Shown piece after piece: positions 50,301-60,900 of a stretch of DNA of 64,000 bases (positions are counted from its first letter, which is position 1; the number at the start of each line of letters is the position of its first letter). The translations under genes and the position numbers were made by a program. The DNA is from Rhina ancylostomus (taxonomy: Eukaryota): positions 27,670,061-27,734,060 of the forward strand of contig JARFYF010000053.1 of the NCBI GenBank assembly GCA_030265395.1, given 5' to 3'. The notes under the pieces were generated by a model. It had not been told where the DNA came from, did not search any database, and was given only the letters and a program-made list of their open reading frames with translations.

Positions 50301-53300
50301 TTTAGTAAATCACAACACTTTGGTTTTCATTTGGCTCTAATTGAATTCAGTTGATGAATTAAAAATTCTGTAAAAATCACTTTTGAAGTAGTGACTTGCA
50401 TAGCAGCATTTGTGGATGCCACTTTAAAAATGATGGGCAATTCATATCAGCAAAATATATTGTCTTTCTTGTGTTGTTTAGTTTCCACAGTAGCAAAGTA
50501 TCAACACACGCAAACCTGGAGGAACTCAGTGGATCAGGCAGCATCTATGGAGGGAAATGGACATTCAGATCTTTGTCATTTCCACCTATCACCGCCCAGC
50601 TTCTTACATCATTCCCACTCTCCCCTTCCCTCAACTATCACCCCCCTCACCTGGATCTACCTATTACCTGCCAGTTCTTGCTCCACCCTTCCCTCCCACC
50701 ATCACATTTATATTACTGGCTATCTTTCTTTCCAGTCCTGATGAAGGGTTTCAACCCGAAACATTGACTGACCATTTCCTCCATGGATGCTGCTTGACCA
50801 CTAAGTTCCTCCAACTTTTTGGTTGTTGCTCCAGAGTTCCAGCATCTGCAGTCTCTGGTGTTTCCACAAAGTATTACTTGCTGCCTCTATCCAACAAGGA
50901 AGATCGAGGTGACTCCAAATAATATTAAGCTGCTGGCACAGGAGCAATAATAATGTGGTCTGTGGAAGGCCATAATGAAAAGCTGAAACGAAAGGGGAAT
51001 TGAAAAGATTGAACAATGGTTATAGCGTGTTTTAAATAGGACCATCAATTAGAATTTTCTTTTAACTGTGTTGGCCATTCCTGTTAATTATTGTGATATA
51101 CTTACAGACATATCCTGTTGGTAACATGGAGTGAAGAAATACTTTCTGTGGTCCATATATTACTTGAGAGGAAGGTAATCAATAAAATAACCACAAGTTG
51201 GGGACATCATAAAGCACTCTTATGGTTTCATTGTGCAAATGTTTACAACATCCAAACCAACCTGTTGACCTAGAGTTGAATGGCAGCTTCAGCTTGAATC
51301 AGGTTTTGTTTGTCATTGTAAAATACCATCTGTTTGTGATTTGAATTAGTTTCATAATCAGTACTGAATAGTTCTTGGGCAAGGTGCCAGAGAGCAGTTC
51401 CACCCTGGCACTGTACCCCTTCAAGGGACAAGATGAAGGGAAATATTATTCAAAAGTATAAAACTGGGATGAGTCAATTATTTACAGAATTGTGCTAATT
51501 TTGTTTGACAGTATTGAAATATAGATGAGTGATTAAAAACCCTCATTTAACCAGTACAAATATGTTCAGGTTTTTGTCATTTAATCACCCCATTTATGTA
51601 ACAGATGTGACAATCAACTGTCACAATGTAGTTTTTCACAAATAATGTTGATAAATGACTGAGTCATATGTTTTCATGGTGTTGATTGAGGTAGGAATGT
51701 TAGTCTGCTTTTTAAACACTTGCTATGCTTTTCTTGACAGGTGGAACTAACATCTGAACTGTTTGAGCAGTTTATTCAAAAGTTAAGCCAGCAAGCTGGG
51801 AGATTCAGCAACTCAGTAAAATATGCCAAGATGGTCCTAGCTACGCTTACAAAGTACCCAACCTATGTGAGTATTACACTGGGAATTCACATCTTAACTC
51901 TTCAACTGGGCTGCTTGAATGTGGAGTGGAAACAGGAGTCAAGTAGTTTCCTCCCTGTTGACTCCTTACTTGCTAAGCCTTGGTGCCAGAAGTGGAGTTG
52001 GGTGCAGAGGAGGTGTCTGAGAGTCTAAATGTGCTTGCTTTTTCTTGATACTAATTTCTAGTAGAATCATAGAATCCTACAGCACAGAAACAGCCCCTGC
52101 AGCCCAACTAGTCCATGCCAACTAAGATGCCCATCTAAGCTAGTCCCATTTTCCCATGATTGGCCCATATCTCTCTAAACCTTTCCTATCCTGTAAATGT
52201 TGATACTGTACCTGCCTCAACCACTTTCTCTGGAAACTTGTTCCAGAAACGCACCAGCCTGTGTGTGAAGAAGTTGCCCCTCAGGTCCCCTTTAAATACT
52301 TCCTCTCTCACCTTAACCCTAATGCCCTCTAGCTTTTGCTTCCCTTTCCCTTGGAAAAGGAGTAGTTTAAAAGATGTTTTTAATGTAAATGTATTATTTA
52401 CAATTTTAGNNNNNNNNNNTTAGAAAATCATTTCAGGTATTTAAATCTATTTGAACTGTTTTTAAATATATGTCCTTATAAGAGATGTTTTAAAATAGTT
52501 CAAAGGCCTTTGACAACAGCAAGCTACCAAAGTGGTGCCATCAGTCACCACCTGTGGACTGCTCTGCCTTGCAGGAAGTTGCAGCAACCAGGGATCCAGC
52601 TCAATTGGTCCTGCTGATTGCAGCACAAGCCCAATCTGACCCAATACATCCTGCCATCTAGATGCAGGTATAAAATAACTAAAAGCCCAAATGCACGTCT
52701 ATCACTGAATAATTGTAATGTAGTACGTTATGATATCTCCATTGCTAGATGAGATAAACAGCAGTGGTCCAATTCAAAGGTGAGAAACTTTGAATTTGAT
52801 AATGAAATGCGATGGCTTTTTATCATTTAAATCTTTTTTCTGAGGCAATTCCCAAAATAATGCTGTTTGACCCCCAAGGAGAACCATGACACAATTATGT
52901 AAAATTTAGCCTCCTGACTTCAGTACATTTTATTAACAGTAGAATTAAATTGCATTTGCATAGAATGATATGTTCTTAATATTATAATGATGGACTCAAG
53001 AACTCAGTTATTATTACAGATCAAGTGCAGAAATGGTATTTGTGATGGTACATTTTTTTTCTGTGTTTGGAAAATTAAATAACTAATTGCATGCTAATGC
53101 TGCTTCAATTGGCTTTTAACTGCTGCATGGTTCTAAGCAGGAATTTTATCTGTTTCTTGTTGATAATTCAAATTAGCCTTTGATAGTATTAAATATGTTA
53201 TAGAATGGGTATTTCAGAATAGACTTTGCCATTTAAATTGGGTGTGTTTGCTTGTTGCTACATGGTGGCTGATATCAGATTGTAGATTAAATGCTGCTGG

Positions 53301-55118
53301 CTATAGGCTGTGTTTAGGTAGCTGGCTGGAAGGAGAATGCCCAGACAGATGGTTAGCACAATCCTGCTTCTGCCCTTCAGTTAGCTGTAATATGCCCATG
53401 GTTGTGTGCAGCAGATCCACGTAGTGCGGCTGTGCATTCACATTGAATGTGGCAGCCATGGATTCCTGAACTGCCACCCTGAAAGAATCTTCTGATACTG
53501 TATCATAGATCTTATGAAATATCCTTAAGTCCCTAATTCTGACCTTGTCCTGGCCACCATGAGGAAACTTGGAGAAGCAGTTATAACAACTCCGTGTTTG
53601 ACCAAACAGGGCATTATTAAATTTCATCTTTCCACTCTTTTTCTTGTAAGGATACCACCTCAATTTTTCTATCACCACTACATCTGCTCTCAGGCTGCGG
53701 TCTTCCATTCCAGGACATCTGAAATGTCCTTTTTTTCAGGAAACGTGGCTTCCCTTCTACTGCGGTAGATGGAGCCCTCTCTCACATTTCCTGTTTCCAA
53801 AACTTCTGCTTTCACCCCCCCCACCCACAACAGAGAAACAATTTCCATAGTCTTCACCTCACAGCCTACCAGCCTCCCCATCCAGCACGTCAACCTTTGG
53901 CATTTTTGCCAACTGCCACAGGATCCCACCACTTATTACATATTTCCTCTTCCATCTTCTGCAGGAATCACTCTCTCCGTGACTCCCTGGCATAGTCATT
54001 CTTCGCTATCCACTGCTGCCTAACCTCTAGCACCTTCGCCTACAACCATGTCAAGTACCACACTTATTCCTACACCACCATCCAGGGACCTAAATAGCCT
54101 TTCTGAGCAAGGTAAAGATTCACCTCCTTCAACCTCATCTACTGTATTTGGTGCTCCCAAACCTGCATTTTGTCTGCAGTGGACATCCCAAGTTCCTGAT
54201 TGTATGCCACTTCAACTCTTCTTACTGTTCCCACACTAATCTTTCTATGATTGGCCTTCTCCACTGCCAGGGTGAGGCCAAACACAAACTAGAACAACAC
54301 CTCATATTCCACCTGGGTAGTCCACAACCCAATCGTATAAACATCAAATTTCCCACTTTTAGGTAACCCTTACCCCATNNNNNNNNNNNNNNNNNNNNNN
54401 NNNNNNNNNNNNNNNNNNNNNNNNNNNNNNNNNNNNNNNNNNNNNNNNNNNNNNNNCACCACTCCATCTGTTTTGTTTACCCACTGGATCTTCCCATCTG
54501 GTTCCATATAAGATTCCTGCACTTTTTGCCTGTGTCCCTGCTCATCACATTCCAGCCTGTCTCCATCTTCACCCTCCCATCCACCCATATAGCTTCATCT
54601 GCCACCCCCTTTTCCCCTGCTTATCTCCCAACTTCACCCATCCCTCCTTGGTCCACCTATCACTGTGTCATCTCTGCATACATTAAGAAACACTAGTTGG
54701 AAAATAAACTTGTTGATTTATTTACCTTATTGTTCACATTCTGTATCTTATTTTTGGAGTGATTTGTAAATTCTGTAGAAACAAATTTGTAACCCAAACT
54801 GTCATAGCACAGGGCACACCTGTAGGTGAATTGATCATTTAAACTATATTGACAACTTATTAATTTAAGCACAATAGTAAATTGCAATAAGTTGCAGGAT
54901 ATTTAAATATGATCATAATGTACTGTTTCCAGACATCTAAACTGTCCATTTTAGAGTTTAAAAGGCAAATGACTAGATATTAAGGAATACTAATTTTTTT
55001 TGGTTGCTTTTTCTAGATAACAGTCGATCACAAGAACATGCTGTCTCATGTCTTGGCAATACATACAACATTTCTGAAGAAATCAATGCAGGCTGCACTG
55101 AAACATATTAACACATAA
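38097..55118 (+). CDS. FANCE: Fanconi anemia group E protein gene, 10 coding exons, 529 aa
   Basis: join(38097-38305,39996-40638,43480-43524,45678-45731,46552-46695,48635-48758,49744-49819,51108-51174,51741-51866,55017-55118) = 1590 nt, open. The peptides match human FANCE as recalled (LKPLxxxLP..RNLLS, DLSYSNATVLxRxLFL, ASRFLMAAITLFCKKY, YAKMVLATLTKY, TTFLKKSMQAALKH). Confidence 0.92.
39996..40638 (+). CDS. FANCE: FANCE coding exon 2 (KPLFYLLPVLVRRNLLSFL..VDLPEHIK)
   Basis: ttttag|a aag ... aag|gtatga; 643 nt; longest real ORF in the window; NLS-like KKRK and KKIK. Confidence 0.9.
41100..41700 (+). mobile_element. Fragmented CR1 LINE remnants
   Basis: gctgacaagtttctaggtcctgatg..gggttaaaggaaatggctggtgagatagttgatg is a typical CR1 pre-RT segment; agagaaagcagactgtgggaataaatg is a RKQRVGING-like segment. 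Confidence 0.55.
41880..42040 (-). mobile_element. Degenerate V-SINE, antisense
   Basis: The minus strand has tcgggtttcagtcctgacc (B-box-like) and gtgctctggttttctgccatattccaaaga (V-domain). Confidence 0.6.
42090..42440 (+). mobile_element. CR1 3' fragment
   Basis: RMRGDLIETYNMLKG in ORF 42082-42309. Confidence 0.7.
42699..42982 (+). mobile_element. V-SINE (HE1-like), copy 3, with its tail split by an LTR
   Basis: B-box ggttcaattcc and V-domain. The tail actaataaagatat resumes as atatcttgttttatctt at 43239. Confidence 0.85.
42983..43238 (+). mobile_element. Solo LTR (256 bp), probably Ty3/Gypsy type
   Basis: TGTAGTGA...TCACTACA 8-bp inverted termini. 4-bp target-site duplication ATAT at 42979-42982 and 43239-43242. 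Internal TATA-like cttaaag and AATAAA at 43166-43171. Confidence 0.8.
43480..43524 (+). CDS. FANCE: FANCE coding exon 3 (SSVSILRDIFEADSD)
   Basis: taacag| ... gat|gtaagt; 45 nt, phase 0/0. Confidence 0.8.
45678..45731 (+). CDS. FANCE: FANCE coding exon 4 (KLETPEELNILNECDPSQ)
   Basis: ctttag| ... cag|gtagga; 54 nt; parallels human ELQLLHECSPSQ. Confidence 0.85.
46552..46695 (+). CDS. FANCE: FANCE coding exon 5 (LEKLCLLLRL..DLSYSNATVLGRTLFLTR)
   Basis: ttgcag| ... cgg|gtatgt; 144 nt. Confidence 0.92.
48635..48758 (+). CDS. FANCE: FANCE coding exon 6 (VLSLTEPASRFLMAAITLFCKKYPRPICSALIGPLLQTPDI)
   Basis: ttacag| ... tag|gtaagg; 124 nt. Confidence 0.92.
49744..49819 (+). CDS. FANCE: FANCE coding exon 7 (GNVQVELICRLMEDCLEPDHLTVTF)
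   Basis: ttacag| ... ag|gttcat; 76 nt; phases fit both neighbours. Confidence 0.85.
50503..50865 (+). mobile_element. Penelope pseudo-LTR-derived element with inverted arms and hammerhead ribozyme motif
   Basis: Arm ctggaggaactcagtggatcaggcagcatctatggagggaaatgg pairs with ccatttcctccatggatgctgcttgaccactaagttcctcca. The core cagtc-ctgatga-a-gggtttcaaccc-gaaac-att-gactg is at 50733-50770. Confidence 0.75.
51108..51174 (+). CDS. FANCE: FANCE coding exon 8 (HILLVTWSEEILSVVHILLERK)
   Basis: ttacag| ... aag|gtaatc; 67 nt; parallels human [22 protein letters not shown]. Confidence 0.9.
51741..51866 (+). CDS. FANCE: FANCE coding exon 9 (VELTSELFEQFIQKLSQQAGRFSNSVKYAKMVLATLTKYPTY)
   Basis: tgacag| ... 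tat|gtgagt; 126 nt. Confidence 0.92.
52062..52360 (-). mobile_element. CR1 3' tail fragment
   Basis: tagaatcatagaatcctacagcacagaaac is the reverse complement of the CR1 terminal repeat, followed by the usual 3' body. Confidence 0.75.
53660..54670 (+). mobile_element. Degenerate Penelope-like retroelement 3' part (GIY-YIG C-terminus plus pyrimidine-rich tail)
   Basis: ORF 54148-54366 ends GLLHCQGEAKHKLEQHLIFHLGSPQPNRINIKFPTFR*, the typical Penelope C-terminal (E)xxLIFxLxxLxPxGxN motif. Upstream sequence is frameshifted. Confidence 0.7.
55017..55118 (+). CDS. FANCE: FANCE terminal coding exon (ITVDHKNMLSHVLAIHTTFLKKSMQAALKHINT*)
   Basis: ttctag| acceptor; taa at 55116-55118; parallels human NTTFLRKSLKAALKH. 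Confidence 0.92.
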   Translation: MTVDHKNMLSHVLAIHTTFLKKSMQAALKHINT

Positions 55119-57103
55119 CTTGTTTTATTTTTTAAATGTTGAGCATAAATTATTATGCATTGTCTTAATTGGAGTATATACTTCCAAAGGTCCATAAGTC
55201 AACTCCAGAATCAGAATGGATGATTAGCTGTGTGAAAGCCACTATAGCTACTTAAATTGATTGATGTACTTCATCATGTATTTGAATACAATCATTCTCT
55301 ACTGTGCCTGTATTTGCAGCTTTCCACCACTTAATGGTGCTGCACAGCTCTCTACTAATCACTATACTAATTTATTCAGAGAATGATGCCTGTCTGTCCC
55401 AGACCTTACTGGGGAAAAATAGGTAGTTAAATAAAGGAGAAATAACTACATTTGGCCACATTGCTTGCCCTAAAGACAAGAGTTCTCTTTAATCATGTGT
55501 TAAATTACTGCAGTTAATATCTAACTACATTTGATAATAGTCCCATGAGAATTTAGGAATATTCTAAGTTAAAGCTTTGAGTTATGCAAATATTAGAGCA
55601 GTTACTGTAAACTTTATCCTATGATAAATGGAAAGGCAAACTAACACTGAAATTGTTAATCGAGCATACTTCAGGCTAACTTTTTTTTGAGGTACTGATG
55701 AGCCAACTGTACTTATGTGAATCTGGAGCCAAGAACTTCCCTCCCACAACAGACTTGACTCTCTACAGCAAATCACTGCTACCATCACATGGCTGTGTGT
55801 GTTGAGGGGGTAGGTGAAGTGACTTGGAAATTAAGGCACAACAATTCAAGCATCTCAACCTTCAGAAGAGGTTTGGTATTTGTACAATTGTGATTACTTG
55901 CTATGAGTTTTTAATTTCACACCTTATTTCTCAAAATAGAGTAGGACCAAAACAAGTAGAAATATCTTTACTCAGGGTGATAAATATTTTGATTTTTCTA
56001 GGCTAGAGCTTGTTCATTCAAAACATATTTTGGATATTAGAGGAACCAAGGGATTATGGAGATAGTCTAGGAAAATGGTGGTAAAAATTAGCAAACTTCT
56101 TGGTGAATAGATCTGGCTTGAGAGAGATGAAAAGCCTTTGATTTTTGTTCATCTGTCTATATTTTCCCCACCTTGTCCAGAGTTGCTAAACCTTCAGCAG
56201 TTACAACAATCCTTGCAGAAACTTCACATTGACCTTTCACACCTTAAGAGTTCAAATCTTACTGTGAAAAAGTGCAAATGAAGGGCAAGAAGTGCCTCAC
56301 ATAAAATGAGGACACCCTTCTGGAAGTTTTTGCCTGGGTTATCCTAGAAGATAAATATCTCAAGTCTTCCCAAAAGTCAACATTTTTTCTGATCAACAGG
56401 AGGACTTGTTCAGCCACAGTAACAAGGAGGACATATCACAGGAAAGCATCATCACTTCCTTTTCCTTGTTATAACATTGCTGCAAATATGGTGAAAGGGC
56501 TCTAGGCAATGTTTCACACCAATGTCTTTACCATAAGAGCAAGTAGTTAGGGCAAATTGCTTTACAAACAGTTGAATGCTGTGCCTATCAAGCAAACAAA
56601 TAATTCCTTAGATTAAGCAGTTTTCTGAATTTAAATTTTGCAATGTATTTAATAAAATTAAGGTCTGTAAATGAAAACTCCTGTACATAGGTACTCTTCA
56701 AATGATATCTTTAACCCAATAAAGATTATTACAGCAATTTCATCGGAAAGGGCAAAATGATGCAGAGGGGAAGTCCTATACCCCAAGGCCTTGATAGATG
56801 GGATAAGAGAAATGGATTGCATTTACAACACGCAAGCTGGGATGGCAGGTTAGGGCTTGGAAGTTCATTTCTGGGTAAAGGTTGGAACAGGTTGACTCAG
56901 CTTTGTTTCAGATACTTGAACAGAGGTATAATTTGGTCAGGGTACAGTGGTAGCAAGATAAGGCTTTCTGCAAAGCTCTTTGATACTTTAAGTTTTAAAA
57001 CCAGAACTTATGGATAATAGCACACCTCAGATACATACTTCAGTTTGTAAAAGCATCATACTGGAAGAGAAGATGTAAGAACAGACACTTATTTACAAAT
57101 TGT

Positions 57104-57109
57104 TTTATT
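57104..57109 (-). terminator. Probable makorin-gene polyadenylation signal AATAAA (second hexamer at 57153-57158)
   Basis: tttatt on the + strand ~650 nt past the minus-strand stop codon. Confidence 0.5.
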
Positions 57110-57753
57110 TTGACATTTTAGTACAATTTTTTTTTAAAATACCTTCATTAATTTTATTACTCATTATTGATCAGGTTACAAAAAATGTTAAACTGCCATT
57201 GATTCTTATGATAAATGCCCATTTGTTCCTATAAAAGGAAGCAAAATTGTAGCTATTCCAAATCTACATTATTCAGCTCTAAAACTTTGGTGTAGTAATT
57301 CTGTATAACTACAGCATACAGGCCAGTTAACCTGCCGGCACATATTTACAAGGTTTGGTGAAATAGACAATTCCACAGTGAATAAGTGAACATTCCCAGC
57401 AGTGATCATGGAATTCAGCACAATCAATCCATCTTAAGAAAATCAGAATACAAATTGTTCAAACTTTGATATATCACATGTGCTACTTAATTCACAAGTG
57501 TTAAGTCTTTAACCTAAAAGGGCTTGAATTGCCGAATAACTGCAGGTTTTAAACAAGGTAGCATAATAGATTGCAATGTCACTACATTGAGAAATCAAAC
57601 TTAATAGACCAGTGTAAATAGACCTGTTACAATAACTATGGCTTAGCCTGCTATCTACAACAGCACTGCCAAGTTAGGATAAACTACTGCCATTAAATTT
57701 TCAGCTGCCACATGCAGTAACACTGCACCAGTCTTAAGGCTTTGATTGCACCA

Positions 57754-57954
57754 TTAATCATCATCATCAGAAGAAGAATCAAAATCATAATCTAGACTAA
57801 AATCAGAGAGATCTGAATCAAAGAATTCATAATGTAAGTCTGCATTCTCTAAAAATGAATCAAGGGAAAGCACACCAAAAAGGTGAAGGGCACGATCAAA
57901 GTCATCATCCTCATCGTAATCATCATAGTTGTTCCATGCAAATCCAAATGAAGG
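57754..57954 (-). CDS. MKRN4: Makorin terminal exon, acidic tail (PSFGFAWNNYDDYDEDDD..DSSSDDDD*)
   Basis: Minus-strand ccacag|cct acceptor; phase 0 matches the upstream donor; taa at 57756-57754. Confidence 0.78.
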   Translation of the reverse strand, partial: PSFGFAWNNYDDYDEDDDFDRALHLFGVLSLDSFLENADLHYEFFDSDLSDFSLDYDFDSSSDDDD

Positions 57955-60900
57955 CTGTGGGGCATTCAATAAAAGATATTAAATTCAAGATCTTAAAAAT
58001 CAATATGCAAAGCCAAAACATGTTTAATCCAAAGTCAAATAGCAGTTAATTCTATTTTTTGAACATTAATGGATTTGCAAACGAATTTCTGAACTTCCTC
58101 TCCAGTTTCATCATCCTCCCATTACCAACGTTCATGCCAGCAACAAGTGATCTTATTTACCAGAAAAACTTGAATTTTGAATTGTTAGAATCTCCCCTTA
58201 ACCTCCTTTGAGAAGTCCTGTCTGAAGGAAATCCCAGTCCTTGGGCTAATTCAGATCTTTGCCCTCTGCACCTTCTCAAGCTTTGTTTTGTTTAAAATAG
58301 TATCGGCATTTCCTTGCTTCTGGACTCATGCACCTCTATTTAAAATGAAAGTGGGGCTCTTGTAGTTAATTTTTTTTTGACAGCACATCAGATGTCCCAA
58401 GTCTTTAGTGGTCATATCTTATACTGAATTAGCTTTTCAAAATGTCAATGCTGTGAAGTTTGTATTTGATTAAATAGCTGCATGATCAGTTGCCTGGGAA
58501 GTAATGTCAATGAATCTTAACCATACAACAGCTTTTATCTCCCCTAGTCCAAAAACAATTTCATACAAAGGATAGTGGAAATAACCTAACAAGTCATGGA
58601 AGCAGAGTTATTATGGATACCATGCAGAGATGCATAGTTCAGGAATCCCTCCTCTTACTACATCTATCCAAAGTGGCACTGATTCTGTTTCCTCAAAAAC
58701 AGTTTGGCATTAATCAAAAAACCTGAATGTTAAACTCCACCAGGGTAAATGTGCACGATGTCTGGTGGTGAACACTTGTTCTCACCACCTCTGATCTCTC
58801 CACCATTGACAGATTACTGGACCATCCACAGGGTAAGCAGAAATCAAAGCTTTTATCCCTAACTGTCAACCCTTTACCTTGAAGGTCTGAAACTGAGCCA
58901 GACTCTTCACTTAAAAATCAGAGAGTTTAGTTGAGATCCAATAGTGACATTGTTAAGACTACCTGGTTTATCTCAGCATGTCAACCAATTCTTAATATGG
59001 TCCTCCAACACCAAAACCTACATCCATGTCTTTCATTTCTCAATACTCCACTATTCCAACATACTCCTGGCTGCTCTTCCTCATTCTACTTTAAACTAAG
59101 ATCATTCAAGACCTAAGACATTAACTTGTTTTTCTCTTCCTACAGATGTGGCCTGACCAGCTAAGTCTTTCCAGCAGCAGGTTTTTATTTTCATTCAAAA
59201 GACTGATGCTTTATATCATAACTTGTAGCAAGTCCTATTTACCCATCACCTAAGCTTGCCAATTACAACATGGTTGTTAAACATCTCCAAAATCTTTTAC
59301 CTCTGTCATGCATCTCTAGTTGCTGGTTAATTTGTGTTGACTTAGACCATTCAATTAACTGGCTTCAATTAAAAAAACATTTATGGTCTTCTTTGGAAAA
59401 CATCTGTCATTAATAAATTTTAAAAGAGTTACTTGCAGTCTAATTTGCTTGAAGACCAATGGTTACACTATAAATAAACCAATTAAGCAAGCAGTAAGAG
59501 AACAAATATTTGTTATATAGCATTTTCTTACATGATTGTTTCGCTTTCTTGGCTGACGCCGAGTTGGCCGATATCCCTCTGGAAATTCGTGCAAGTATAT
59601 GCATTCAGATTTAAAAGGACATTTGCCATTACTTTGCAGAAAAAACTTGCATCTTATTTTTCTGTGAAAGAGAATGTCATTGCAGAGGTGAATCAACTGT
59701 GTAGCAAGAATAGGATTTAAAATTTTCTTAACTTGTCTCAAGTTCTGAAGCATCAGCCAAACATTACTCAAACTTTCATGTTAATCAAAATAGTGTGTCT
59801 CAGCAGGCTATCCTGAGAGCAAACTCAATCCTACTCATACCAAAGTAGGATCAGGAATAATACCAGCCCTTAAGTTTCAATATTTTTCTTTGTTGTTGAG
59901 TACAATGATGCCAGTGTCAAACGACAATGCTCATGTTTGAGAAATCTCAAGTCTTGGACTTCTGAGTCTTGGACTTCTGAAATGTTAATTTTCCCCCCCA
60001 TATAGCTGGCAGTGGAACCTTAGATGCCATTCCAAGAATGGGAACCCCACACGCAAAGGAATACAAGGAGGGAAACTAGCCTTAAATCCGTTTTAGAGGA
60101 ACGAACAAAATGCATCCCGTTCTTGGAAGGTTGAGTCCTATACCCAGTAACAAGGGCACAAGACTGGCACCATGGACAAACTGGTTGCCTGGAAAGAGCA
60201 AGTACTAAGTGCAAGAAGAATAGGTGATTCCACATCCAAAGATAACAGAACTCCTGCATTGGTTAACAAAGGGTCTTGGAAAAATGTTTACTCATCGCAA
60301 GAGCAAACATGACATTGAAAGATTTGGCAGAAAAAAGGTCACCAAGCTTGTACAGTAGCACTAGGAAAGGAGAATTGGATTCCTTAACTAGCTTTCCAAA
60401 CATGGAAGAATCATGTGATTAATCTTTTTTAAAACCAAACTTTGACCATAGCAGAAACCCTGGAAGTGTACTTATCTATTTGATCAAGGATTTATGAAAG
60501 TTTAAAACTAGCAGGAAACCAAGCAACAAGAGCTATAGAAGAAAAGAGTAGGTTGGGAGCACATAAGAGGAATCAGTTGGATATCTAACTAAACCAAAAT
60601 ATGCCACAGAACAAGGTTTATTGAAGTATATTATAATTTGAAACCACAAACTTGACTTGTCTAAATCAAAACAGGCAAGTTGACCAAACTAGTGTTAAGA
60701 AATCAAAAAATGTTGGACTTTAATGGCAAGGTTATACTGAGGTTTGCATCATTTCCCATTCAATTTTAGGTCATCCCTTAATTCCTTACCCACCAACTCC
60801 ACCCATCTCCTCCTGATCTACCTCAGTTCCTCCCACACCTATCCCAGCCCCATTTCTTTCCCCTCCAACCCCCACTCTGGGTCCCCTCCCCCTACTGTTC

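Noticed and set aside
59950-59980. 15-bp perfect tandem duplication (agtcttggacttctg x2)
   Set aside because: Simple intronic slippage duplication; two units and no spacer.
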